A stretch of 64,000 bases of DNA from Stegostoma tigrinum (lineage: Eukaryota). The notes under the pieces are model-generated. The model made no database searches and was not told where the DNA came from. It was given only the letters and a program-made list of their open reading frames with translations. Both the position numbers and the translations under genes were made by a program. Location of the stretch: positions 1,716,497 to 1,780,496 of the forward strand of contig NC_081387.1 of NCBI RefSeq assembly GCF_030684315.1. The letters run 5' to 3'. Below, piece after piece: positions 36,909-48,794 of this stretch; positions within the stretch are counted from its first letter, which is position 1, and each line of letters begins with the position of its first letter.

Positions 36909-38550
36909 TTTCACAGCTTCAGGAACCCAACTCGTTAACACTTTAAATCAAATCAAATTTTCAGGCCTATAGTTACAGGAAAAACTCATTCTGTACACAG
37001 CCTTGGAGATTATACTATTAGATATTGAAACTAATAAAATAGAAGTATTACAAGTTATTTTCAGCCACACTCTCGTAGCTGAGTCAGAAGACTGCAGTTT
37101 CAAGTCTCACCTAGAGTCTGGGCATTGTGGCTGACCCCCTAGTAGAATAATAAGGCAGTGCTGCACTGGAAAAGAAACAATGTTAATCCATGCTACAGTC
37201 TGCCCTTTTTGGTGAATGTAGAAGATTCCTAGAGATTAAAGAGCAGGGAAGATATCCTGGCCAGTGTGGATCCCACAATCACAAAAGCAGATGATCTGAT
37301 CAATATCACATTGATATTTATGGGAACATGCTACGTAAAAATGGGCTGCCATTGTTCTGAAATTCAAAACAGTGGCTAAACTTCACCAAACACATAATTG
37401 TCTAAAAGGTACTTTTGAACAGCCTGAGTTCATGAAAAAATTGTACAGGACATATCTAGGCCAGTGTTGTCACTTGATTAGAGGTATGGCTAGTTCTCGA
37501 GCTTGATTCTTCAATATGACAGCTGAGATACAACTCAGGAAGGAGAGTCCAGAATCAAAACGTCAGCTTTCCTGCTCCTCTGATGCTGCTTTGCCTGCTT
37601 TGTTCATCCAGCTCTACACTTTGTTATCTTAGATTCTCCAGCATGGGCAGTACCTACCATCCCTGAATCGAGATACAACTCTTGCTGTGGTCTGTGACAT
37701 CTATTATATATGCGGAGGGAACCTAACTAAGCAAAAACAAATCAAAGCAAAATATGATGTATGTTACAATTAAAAAACAGAAAAACTGCTGGACAAACAT
37801 TGCAGATCCGGAACTGAGGAATTGTAAACACATGAACAGCTATAACATTTACGAGACATTTGGAGAGGCACATGGATAGAAAAGGTTTAGATGATATAAG
37901 CCGAACACAGGCAAATGGGACTTTGGGAAACTTGGTTCAGCATGGACCAGTTAGACTGAAGAGTCTGTTTTTGTGCCGTGTGACCTTACAACTCTACTGG
38001 AGAAACAGAGTTTCTATTTTTTCATTTTTTTCAATTATTTTTATTTTATTATCATATTTCTACTCAACATAGAAGTATTCTACACCCAGTAGAATATTTA
38101 CCAGGAAATGATCCATGAGAGTTGCCTAGGCTGCTGAATTCCCAACCGATTTTAAAAAAGCGACTGGCCTAGTAATGGGCATCTCAGAGAAGAATTATAC
38201 ATCCTTCTAGAAACTACAGAACTCATCAACATTGCTATCTTTCCACCTCTTTAACACACACCGAATGCGCATATGAAACAGGAACATGTGTGGGATTGCG
38301 TGTTATTGTTTGTGGCACTCAGGCATGCTGCACTGTCAGATTTGCTCTCTTTTGGTTGACACTTTAAACTGAAACCCGATTTGCAGTCTGAAATGGACGC
38401 TCATAATGCAAGAAGTCAGAAAGTCAGAAATGTACAGCACAGAAATAGATCCTTTGGTCCAATTTGTCCATGCCGACCAGATATCCTAAATAAATCTACT
38501 CCCATTTGCCAGCATTTGGCCCATATTCTTTTAAACCCTTCCTACTCATG

Positions 38551-38994
38551 TAGTTGGTTCTGCTGTAACGAATAGCTGCATTCCTGTTCAGCATTATGTT
38601 ATGGAAAATCGCGCTATAGGAATAACAGTGCCTATGAGAAAAGCGGGGTTAGGGGCAGACCACCAAAAAAAATGAAAAAAATCACTCAAAAGCTTGACAT
38701 GAAGGATAGCACAATTTGAATAAATGTTTTATTTTATTATTAGCTATGAATTAAATTTAACACGTTACGTTGAAAAATTGTCATGATAACTTGATGGGGA
38801 AGGAAGTTGTACTGTACCTCTCACAGGAAAGCACTTCATGACAAAGCCCACAAAATGATCATGTGATACTGGCGCAGAGATGCTCTCAGTGCTAACATTG
38901 TACGTATTCACGACAATGCCCAAGAAATTATCATGTGATGTCAACATATAATCCTCCGCGCACTGATGGAAATGCATTATAGCAGAACCAAACG
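38551..38994. mobile_element. Tc1/mariner (pogo/Tigger-like) MITE
   Basis: Imperfect terminal inverted repeats TAGTTGGTTCTGCTGTAACG ... CATTATAGCAGAACCAAACG followed by TA; interrupts the CR1 fragment. Confidence 0.65.
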
Positions 38995-39296
38995 TATAGA
39001 CATCCAGATGCCTTTTAAAATATTCTAATTGTAGTAGCCTCCAACACTACCTCTGGCAGCTCATTCCATACACATATTACTATCTGTGTGAAAACCTTGC
39101 CCCTTAAATCCTTTTTAAGTCTTTCTCCCTCTCAGTTTAAACCTATGACTGAGTTTTGGACTCCCCCACGCTGGGGGAAAGAGCCTTGAGTATCTACTTT
39201 ATCCATGCCCCTCATGATTTTATAAACCTTTACAAAGGTCACCCCTCAGCCTCTGATGCACAAAGAAGAATAGCCCCAGTCTATTGAGCTTCTCCC

Positions 39297-39602
39297 CATG
39301 GTGGCTCAGTGGTTAGCACTGAAGCCTCACAGCACCAGTTCGATTCTAGCCTCGGGCAACTGTCTGTGTGGAGTTCGCACATTCTCCCCATGTCTGCGTG
39401 GGTTTCCTCTGGGTGCTTCGGTTTCCTTCCGCAGTCCAAAGATGTGCAGGCTAGGTGGATCGGCCATGCTAAATTGCCTGCAGTGTTCAGGGGTGTGTGG
39501 GTTATAGGGGGATGGGTCTGGGTGGGATGCCCCAAAGGGCAGTGTGGATTTGTTGGGCTGACGGGCCTGTTTCCATACTGTCGGGAATCAAATCTAATCT
39601 AA
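39297..39602 (+). mobile_element. HE1-like V-SINE
   Basis: A box TGGCTCAGTGG, B box GTTCGATTC, V-domain GTGTGGAGTT.GCAC.TTCTCCCC.TGTCTGCGTGGGTTTCCTC, CR1-like tail ending in TCTAA repeats. Confidence 0.85.
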
Positions 39603-42226
39603 ATCAACCTTGGCAACATCCTTGTAAATCTTTATTTGAACCCTTTCGAGTTTTACAACATCCTTCCTATAGCAGGGAGATCAGAATTGCACGCAGCATA
39701 CCAAAAGTGGCCTAACCAATGTCCTGTATAGCCACAATAAAACCTACCAACTTCTCTACTCAGTGCATTGACCAATAAAAGAAAGCATACAAAATGCCTT
39801 CTTCACGATGCTATCTACCCACAACTGTCCCTTCAAGGAATTATTGAACCTGCACTTCAAGGTCTCTTTGTTCAGCAACGCCCCAGGATCTTACCATCAA
39901 GTGTACAAGTCCTGCCCTGATTTGCCTTTCCAAAATGCAGCACCTCATATTTATCTAAAATTAAACTTTATTTGCCACTCCTTGACCCATTAGCCCATCT
40001 GATCAAGATCCTTGCAGGTCTGACAGCAGCTGCCACACTTTCAAGGTGGAGCAAATGAGTTGTCCCCAGTGTCTTGGACTATACTTGTCCCTCAGTAAGA
40101 ACCAGAAAAGACAGATTTTCCAGTCATTGTCACAGTGATACTTCAGGGGGCGTGTTCTGTAGACTGCAACAATGACTGACCTTCAAAAGTAGATCATCGT
40201 CTGTACAGGGATGTGTTATTGCTGGTGATTGAGAAAAGTTTCATCAAAATGCAAGTCATCTTTTCAAATTACCAGGATTGTATTAAAATTCTATCCCTAA
40301 ACAGGAAACAGACTTAGTCGTTAACAGCACAGTTCATAATTTGGTAAAAGCAACAAAAAACACAATGTCTCCTGAGCAGGTTGCATCTGCCAAGATCCGA
40401 CAGACAACTGCCTACGTTTTGTGACACTTATACACACGTCAGAATATCAAACTATTCGCCATTTGAACAACACTAATCTTATCTTTGCCCTCATGTGTTT
40501 ATTTTACCATCTTGAATCTTGGCAAGGAGAAATTTGCTTGTTCCACTTACCTAGTGTTTGTGCATGTATTTGTTTTGCGTTATCTTGAGAGGCAAGCATT
40601 TTCTGCTTCACATTACAAACTGTGTGTACGTTAACTAGTTCTGCATCTTCAATGAATGTGTTCTGTTTCATAATAAATCAATGATTTTGCCCTTATTGAT
40701 GAAACCTGATCAATAGATAATTTTTTGTTTTAAGTCTAATCTAGGAAAGGATACAACTAGACATATCAGGTACCAAGAAAATCAATTACACTGATGTTGT
40801 GACTGTGCAGCAATGAGACAAGAGAGTGATAGTGTACACTTCCCATCTTGGACAGAACAGTAATGTCATGGGCAAATATTCTGCAGAAAATAGCAGTTTG
40901 AGAAGGATGCCTTGAATTAACTTGTGGTTAGACAGCACTGTTACTTTCTCTTTCACAAACAGGTGCTGTTTGAAATGCTCACCATCAAAGAAAATATCCA
41001 GGCTCCACTTCTAAAACAAGTGTACAATATTGTTCAGTTTGTGTTAACCCTCTGAATGTAAACAAAACTGCTTGCTCATGTTGCATGGGAATTACTCTAA
41101 TTCCTGTTTCACTGACACTGCATCATTGTGTCAAAAGCACTATAAAAACCAAAAGTGACTGTTTCAACAACAAAAAGGATTACTGATGTAATCATTTAAG
41201 TGCAACAACAAATTATCTACTGGAAACTTTTCCAAAGTCAACATCAGTCAGACAATCAGCACCCAGATACCTACTGATGGGTTTGGAAGACTAACAGTTA
41301 TGTTTTAATCTGTTACAGGGGCAACTGTGTCAAAGAATATTCCTCACACAATAGAAGTGCAAGTTACATCCATCCCATAGGAAGATGTATTAATAACTTT
41401 CCAATAATCCTTGCAAAGGGCCATAAACAGTCGGCCTTTGTCTCAATACTAATTGCTTCTTCTTGACCAGGAGGCTTGGTCACATAACTTCCACAGTATT
41501 GAATACTTTTCAACTGTACAATTCTGAAATAGCAGACGGATCAGGGGTCAGTGCTACTCCATTCCACATCTACTGACAAAATATACACTTTCAATTTCAC
41601 ACGACAAAGGAGAAACCAATAACTTGTAAAATGCAGTCACTCACCTGTATGTGTGCACTCTGTAAGTAAATCTGCTTTCATCAAATCAGTGAAGCAGGAA
41701 TCACATTTCAGCAAATCTTCATCAAAAGACTTTCAAAGGAACTTTTAAAATAAACTGCTGACAGCTCTTCAACAGTGGGCTAGCCAATCAACCCACAATA
41801 ATAAAATGGTAAATCTTGGTTTTATTTGGAATTTAAGTGGATATCTTGTTTGTTAAGGATGACACACAGTTTACTTGAAAATAGAAAGTGAAAAATGGTC
41901 ATTTGGATTATGAGGCTTTTCACAACTCAAAAGAAAAGTGGAACTGTGCAGTCACTTTTGTGGTGGCACAGAATAGATACACGTCCTGGAAGCTGATTCA
42001 AATACATTTGTTGGATACATCAGCACTAGATGTTATTTCATTAAAATTTAAAATGCCCAGCAACAAGATTTTGATTGGTTATAAATGGGGAATTTGTTAC
42101 TGAACTGGGAGGAGAAAGATTAGTTGGGACTCAGACCTTTAAGCCTGTCAGCAAGTGAAATAATATTGAAAGAAATTGTGAAAAAAAACAATTGCTAATT
42201 GAAACCAAGATCTACATATAACTGAG

Positions 42227-42420
42227 ATAATGGGAACTGCAGATGCTGGAGAATCCAAGAAAATAAAATGTGAGGCTGGATGAACACAGCAGGCCCAGCA
42301 GCATCTCGGGAGCACAAAAGCTGACGTTTCAGGATGAAGGGTCTAGGCCCGAAACGTCAGCTTTTGTGCTCCTGAGATGCTGCTGGGCCTGCTGTGTTCA
42401 TCCAGCCTCACATTTTATTA
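42227..42420 (-). mobile_element. Fold-back Penelope-terminus insertion, same family as 300-514, opposite orientation
   Basis: Inverted arms with a central deletion; 16-bp TSD TCTACATATAACTGAG (42211-42226, 42421-42436). Confidence 0.85.
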
Positions 42421-43699
42421 TCTACATATAACTGAGTAGCTACTGAATTGAGGGACTTTTGCAATCAGTAACAACAACAAGCTGCGAGAAAGTCACCTCA
42501 TTTCATCTTTTGAATTGAACTCTAATCCACAGACTTTGTGCATTTTTACCTGCCTACTTTCAATCCACAATATTCCGAAAATGACTGTTTGTCTCATCCG
42601 GCTTGTCCATCTTCTGTGTGAATGAGTGTCTGAGTGTTTGAATTTAGTTGGTGGGGGGGTGGTGGTAGGAAGCTTAGTTAAAGTTTGCATATTCGTAATT
42701 AATAATTCAGGCATGAACCATTCTTAGAGATTCAACTGGTCATTTCTCCCAGGTGACAACTCATGTAATGGTGTTTTCAGTGCACAATTTCCACCAGGGT
42801 TATGGCATGTTCCAATTCGACATCTCCATGTATATTTATGATGTGCATACATTGTGAAGAATTCCTGAATTTATACAAGTGAGTGAAACAAACCGTACTT
42901 CAGGTTTAACTTTACCAATGTTACTGTATTCCCTACAAAGTCAGAGCGCACAAAAAGAGAAACGGGGGAAAGACACTCACACAGTTTAAAAAATGGAATA
43001 AAAGAAATCACAATCAATTACAAACAAGTGTGCAGTATAAGGAAAAATATTTGTTTTAAAACTCACAAAATGTCTATAACAATGGACTTCAAGCCCCTCA
43101 ACACTAGTTGCTTGATGAGACTGAAAACTGCTTATTGTTCTGGGCCCCAGTCCCACTGAACATCCTTCAAACTGAGCTCATTTCAAACCTTACACTTGAA
43201 GTGGTCCTCTGCGAGTGCCTTCTTTTGGTGATCAGTTCAAAGATTAAATTGATCTTCCTGAATGGACTGACAGGGTGAGAGGTATGAGACAGACATGCTG
43301 AGATGGATAGTGCCTTGAAATGACATCTCTTCTGTGTGAGCACTGAAGGGGAAACAACATAGACAGCTCTCAGTGCCACACAAGCAGTTGACCCAGCTTC
43401 AAGTCCATGTGGAGATGTCAGTGTTTGGTGACAGAGGAGGAGATAGTGAAACAATCCTGACACACATCATGCTAGAAGGTATGCCACATCACTTCATCAA
43501 TATTCCAAGAGATCCAAAGATCCAGAAAGTCCGACAATCATGCTTTATTACAGATCTCACTCAGAAAGGGTTACTTCCCTGTGAGTGTTTTGGTTGATCG
43601 GGAGTTTCACTGGTGAAACTCCTGATCACCGCCTGTTTAGAAACTGTCACCAACATTGCATCTGAAAATTTTCTCCTGTCTGAGTCGTGTGGATTCCCA

Positions 43700-44067
43700 A
43701 ATGTTTGAAAACATCATGAAAGGTTCATCATCAAATCACGTATGAAGAGATACTCCCCTGTGTGGGTCCTCTGATGGAACAGGAAATTCAAAGAACTTGA
43801 GAATGATTTCCTGTGAATTTCATGTGTGAATGTAACCTCTTTGTGTGAATGCTTTGGTGACTGCAAAGAGTTGATAAATTCAAGAATGATTTGATACACA
43901 TGTCACATATGAATGGTCTTCCCTGTATGAATAAATTGATGCCTGTGTAGATTCAATTACTCCAAGAATGAGTTGTGACACAACTTCCAACAGCATGGTT
44001 TCTCACAAGTATGAATCCTCTAGTGGAATAGGAATCTCCAAGAGGTGGAGAATGACTTTTCATAAAA
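43700..44067 (-). pseudogene. Decayed C2H2 fingers beyond the stop codon of the intact array
   Basis: Reads on as *FYEKSFSTSWRFLFH*RIHTCEKP and later KSFSSSLNFLFHQRTHTGE. Confidence 0.75.
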
Positions 44068-45543
44068 CTAACACTTAAACAACTTCTCTCCTGTGTGTGT
44101 TCGTTGGTGTGTGCGAAGGTTTCCTGACTGTGTAAATGATTTATTACACACCTCACACCTGAATGGTTTTTCTCCTGTGTGAATCCTCTGATGGATCAGG
44201 AGTCTTTGTGAAGTGGGGAATGATTTGTCACACACCTCGCATTTAAACAACTTCTCTCCTGTGTGAATACGCTGGTGCGTGCGGAGATATCCTGACTGCG
44301 TGAATGATTTGTCACACACCTCACATTGGAAAGGTTTCTCCCCTGTGTGGACACGTTCATGGATGCGGAGATTCGATGATGATGAGAATGATTTGTCACA
44401 CACTTCACATCGGAAAGGTTTCTCTCCGGTGTGAATCCTCTGATGGAACAGGAGTCCTGATGAAGTGGGGAATGATTTGTCACATACATCACACTGAAAC
44501 AACTTCTCTCCTGTGTGAATACGTTGGTGTATGTGCAGGTATCCTGACTGTGTGAATGATTTGTCACACACCTCACAATGGAAAGGTTTCTCTCCTGTGT
44601 GCACACGTTGGTGCGTACGGAGGAATACTGCTCGCGCGAATGATTTGTCACACACTTCACACCGAAAAGGTTTCTCTCCTGTGTGCATACGTCGGTGTAT
44701 GCGGAGGGATCCTGACCATGAGAAAGATTTGTCACACAGTTCACAGCTGAATGGTTTCTCTCCTGTGTGTACACGCTGATGTAGGGTCAGGGATCCTGAA
44801 TGTGAGAAGGATTTGTCACACAAGTCACAGGTGAATGGTTTCTCCCCTGTGTGGACACGTCGGTGTAAGTGGAGGTTTCCTGACTGTGAGAATGACTTGT
44901 CACACAAGTCACACTTGAATGGCTTCTCCCCTGTGTGAATCCTCTGATGGAACAGGAGTCTCAATGAAGTGGGGAATGATTTGTCACATACCTCACACTT
45001 AAACAATTTGTCTCCTGCATGAATACGTCGGTGTATGCGGAGGTATCCTGCCTGTGAAAAGGATTTGTCACACACCTCACAATAGAAAGGTTTCTCTCCT
45101 GTATGGACACGCTGGTGTGTGTGCAGGTATCCTGACTGCGAGAATGATTTGTCACACACCTCGCATCGAAATGGCTTCTCTCCTGTGTGGACGCGTTGGT
45201 GTATACGTAGGTATCCTGACTGTGAGAAGGACTTGTCACATACCTCACAATGGAAGGGTTTTTCCCCCGTGTGGACACATTGGTGTGTGCGAAGGTATCG
45301 TGATTGTGAGAATGATTTGTCACATACCTTGCACTGGAATGGTTTCTCCCCTGTGTGGATACGTTGGTGGACGAGGAGTTTTGATGACTGGGAGAATGAT
45401 TTTCCACACTGCCTGCACATGAACGGCTTCTCCTCTGTGTGAATATGCTGGTGCATGGAGAGGTTTGATGACGATGAGGCTGACTTGTCACACACATCAC
45501 ATGTGAGTGTTTTTTTCCGCATGTGAATGCGTGGGTTATTCAT
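44068..45543 (-). CDS. Tandem C2H2 (Kruppel-type) zinc-finger protein, 17 fingers, about 491 aa from the first ATG, no effector domain seen
   Basis: 17 consecutive Cx2Cx12Hx3H units with TGEKPF-type linkers in one open frame. The exon starts at acceptor TTTCCTGTTTTGCAG (46121). The true start codon is uncertain. Confidence 0.9.
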   Translation of the reverse strand: MNNPRIHMRKKTLTCDVCDKSASSSSNLSMHQHIHTEEKPFMCRQCGKSFSQSSKLLVHQRIHTGEKPFQCKVCDKSFSQSRYLRTHQCVHTGEKPFHCEVCDKSFSQSGYLRIHQRVHTGEKPFRCEVCDKSFSQSGYLHTHQRVHTGEKPFYCEVCDKSFSQAGYLRIHRRIHAGDKLFKCEVCDKSFPTSLRLLFHQRIHTGEKPFKCDLCDKSFSQSGNLHLHRRVHTGEKPFTCDLCDKSFSHSGSLTLHQRVHTGEKPFSCELCDKSFSWSGSLRIHRRMHTGEKPFRCEVCDKSFARAVFLRTHQRVHTGEKPFHCEVCDKSFTQSGYLHIHQRIHTGEKLFQCDVCDKSFPTSSGLLFHQRIHTGEKPFRCEVCDKSFSSSSNLRIHERVHTGEKPFQCEVCDKSFTQSGYLRTHQRIHTGEKLFKCEVCDKSFPTSQRLLIHQRIHTGEKPFRCEVCNKSFTQSGNLRTHQRTHTGEKLFKC

Positions 45544-46762
45544 CAGATATAATGGTCGCCAGAAATCCTGATTATACACTTCAGATATGAATTGTTTCTC
45601 CCAAGAATGAATGCATCACTGATTCATGAACGTAGGTGGCTTTACAAAAGCACTTTTTGAAAGGTTCTCTATCATCTAACTGCTTTTGTTTTAAAAGATT
45701 TACAACAGATGGACCCTGTGTGTTGACAGCTTACTTGCTTACACGTTAGAACTGTCAGTCAGCTGTTGAAAACAGTTAGTGGTTCATGAAGCTCAATGAC
45801 TGATGAAAGCTCTTACCACACTTGGGGACCACTCTCAGTTTTTCCCAGCCTGACAGACCACGCAGTCAAACCATCAGAAATGGTGGGTCTGATGGAAGAT
45901 CCCGCATGACTGATCAGTTTTGAATCCAATGATATGTCAATTCTTCTGAACTGGAACAATTCCCATACGATGGTTTCACTCAGCAAACATCTCCTTTTGG
46001 CAATGCTGTGAAGGGATTGGATGTCTTCCCACAGCTGTGCAGTTGTCCACTGGGTGATAGCCAGGTTCTATCTGTAGTCTACCTTCTCTGTATTCTCTGC
46101 TATCAAATACTGAAATCCTTCTGCAAAACAGGAAATTGAAACATGATTTCCTCCAACACTCCCTCTTCTGTAAACTTGTTGAATTCTCAGTCATTTCTTC
46201 TTCACATTTTTATTGCGTGGGGCTGTCACTGACTCAATAGCATTTATTGCCATTTGTAATTTCCCTTCAGAATGAGATGCTGACCCATTGGAACCATCAG
46301 ACTCCCCTGGGTGGGGAGAGATGAGCAGTCATGCAGATGTTATACCTAAAATGCAACTAGTAATGAAAGTAAACCAATTTCCACTGAAACAACCAACAGG
46401 CTACAGGATAATAACCAACACACTCAAGACTCAATAACAGAAATCAATACGAATCTTCAGACACTCTATACCTCCCAAATAATTACACCTCACCTTCTCA
46501 TATTCAGGAATGAGACATGAACAAAACTCAGGCTGGAAATCAGAAGGGAAATGCTTCCAACAAACACACTCAATATCCAACACACAGCTCCAGTCTAACA
46601 GTTCAGCACAAAGCACTGAGTAAACAGCTCTCTCAGCTGGATCTTCTCACACAGCATAAGGGACATTTCCACCCCTGATTACCCACAGGACAGTCAGACT
46701 GCCTGAAGACTGGTGTGGATATTATGGGATACAATTTGTATAAAAGCTGCTCCTTCACTCAC

Positions 46763-46960
46763 CATCTCCTCACTTGGTTTTCAGTCCCTATAGGAAGTGA
46801 ACCAGCTCTGGAAGAGGAAGAGGAGAGAATGGGCAGAGTGGGTGGGCTCTCTGATTGACGTCTCTCACAGCCAATCCAAATATTTCTGCAGCAACATGAG
46901 TTTCCGAAAGTTTGTGAAACTGACCAGTGAAATGGAGGTGACTTTGAGCAGCAGATCAGG
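46763..46960 (-). promoter_or_regulatory. Probable promoter and first exon of zinc-finger gene 1
   Basis: Donor ATG/GTGAGT at 46763/46762; ETS-type GGAAGT at 46793, GT box at 46840, CRE-like TGACGTC at 46856, CCAAT at 46871; conserved in the paralog at 62405-62602. Confidence 0.65.
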
Positions 46961-48567
46961 TGGGAATTTAAACTTGTCAGAGGCCCCGTCTGAATAAAAC
47001 CTCACTTACTGCAGCTGCTGTCTCAGTTCCCCTGGTAAACGTTTGGCTGAGATTTCTAATGCAGGAATAGCATTCTTTATCCTCATTGGCTTTCACATTA
47101 GTGAGGTCTCAGTTGTATTTATCCGGAAATTAGAGGGAGAAGAACCGTATCCGTGGCAGTGAAATAGATGTGGGGAGCTCCATAAGCTCAATACGACTTC
47201 CTGACACAGCTAAATTGTAGAGAAACCATTCAAGCATGAAAGGTGTGATCAAGCATTCACATAATAATCAATACTTTTCCCACCTTATCAGGATGGACCA
47301 GGCCTGCATGGACAGCCAACATTTTCTTGAAACAAAGATGTCAGTTCTGCAGACAGAGGTAGTGGGGAACAATGAACGAACATGAAGCACAGTCTGTGAG
47401 TATCAGAGACTCACCCTGACACTGATCAACATTGGATCTTTTGCATTTAAGGGAACCCCACAGTTCCCTCCCTGGTCTGCACTTTCTGAGAGGTACATCA
47501 AAATCACACCTGTGATCTGACACCAGGCTCAGAGAAACTAAAGTTGTGATATTCATTCCAACCCATTCCATCCCCATTTCACATTTTGTCTGAAATACGA
47601 CACCCTTGAAAGTGCAGCACTCCCCCAGTATCAGGCTGTATCGATTGGGATTGGACCATCGACCCACAGCTTGCTCACTCAGCTCCCCCATAGAGAATGG
47701 ATCAGTTCACAGTTTGTCACAATCTTTCAGTTGGGATCTCACAATCTCTATGACAGTAATAGTGTGAATCTAGATCAGTAAGCCAATTTTACTCCCATTC
47801 TCCTCTCTAGTTGTGTTAACCTGACTCTCATCTGGGAGCAATTCCACAGGCACCTCCAGCATTACGCCTGCTGCCCCATTCTTAACTTTGAAGGTTGGAA
47901 AAATGAGTGTAGGGTAAAAGGACTGAGGTAAGAGGGGGCTTCTGATCTTGTCCTCACACACTGACATTCTATAGCAGGTTCAGGACTCGATACTGACTTC
48001 AATAATTTTAGAGCCTCAGCACTTTCTTCCATGTTCTTTTGGAACACCCACACATCAAAGCTTGTCCTCGCCAGAGCCAATCCACTTTCATTCCCTACTG
48101 GCCCCATTAGTTTTTTTTAACTTCCCAGATTGACCATTATCCATTCTTTTGTCTACCTAACTGCTACTTTCTCTTTCTCGGCTCCATCTCCCCATATTGT
48201 TCAGTTTTTCCCCACTACCCCGTCATCTTCAGCATATATACCAACCTTTTCCTCGCTGACAGTTTTTCTCCACAGATGCACATCACCTGATGAATTTCTC
48301 CAGCTATTTCTGTTTTCTTTTGCCCTAATCTTACTGTTCTGCCCCTTGTTCCTGACTGTCACCAGAGAAATAATTTCTTCCTAACTACTCATTCAACTTG
48401 TTTCATAATCTTTAATATCTCAATTCAATTACCCTTAATTCTCTACATTCAAGGGAGTGCAACCTCAAGTCTATGCAACTTGTGCTCTAATTTAATGCTT
48501 TTATCCTCAGAAACATTGTGATGAATCTGCACTGCATCCTTCCAAAATGAATATATCTTTTCCCAAG

Positions 48568-48794
48568 AGGTAACAAGGTGTAGAGCTGGATGAACACAGC
48601 AGGCCAAGCAGCATCAGAGGAGCAGGAAAGCTGACGTTTCGGGTCTGGACCCTTCTTCAAAATTTTCTGAGGAAGGGTTCAGACCCGAAACATCAGCTTT
48701 CCTACTCCTCTGATGCTGCTTGGCCTGCTGTGCTCATCCAGCTCTACACCTTGTTATCTCAGATTCTCCAACATCAGTTCCCACTATCTCTGAA
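48568..48794 (+). mobile_element. Fold-back Penelope-terminus insertion, second subfamily
   Basis: Inverted arms; 13-bp TSD ATCTTTTCCCAAG (48555-48567, 48795-48807); hammerhead core CTGAGGA-AGGGTTCAGACCC-GAAA-CATC at 48667-48694. Confidence 0.8.

Larger units (their letters stand above)
38410..40010 (-). mobile_element. CR1 (HER1-like) 3' fragment hosting a MITE and a SINE
   Basis: Collinear with 23975-24745 once 38551-38994 and 39297-39602 are removed. Confidence 0.75.

Noticed and set aside
39297-39370. tRNA gene
   Set aside because: The A and B boxes belong to a SINE head with an internal deletion; no cloverleaf.
41390-41800. Minus-strand donor CAG/GTGAGT at 41645 with a nearby CCAAT and short frames
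   Set aside because: No coherent ORF or recognisable product; isolated splice-like motifs (also near 47410 and 49387) occur by chance.
44196-45500. Several overlapping Cys/His-rich ORFs on both strands
   Set aside because: Alternate-frame shadows of the 84-bp zinc-finger repeat.
46850-46880. CRE plus CCAAT as an MHC SXY module
   Set aside because: Order and orientation do not match X2-Y, and it is 20 kb from the class I gene at a ZNF first exon.
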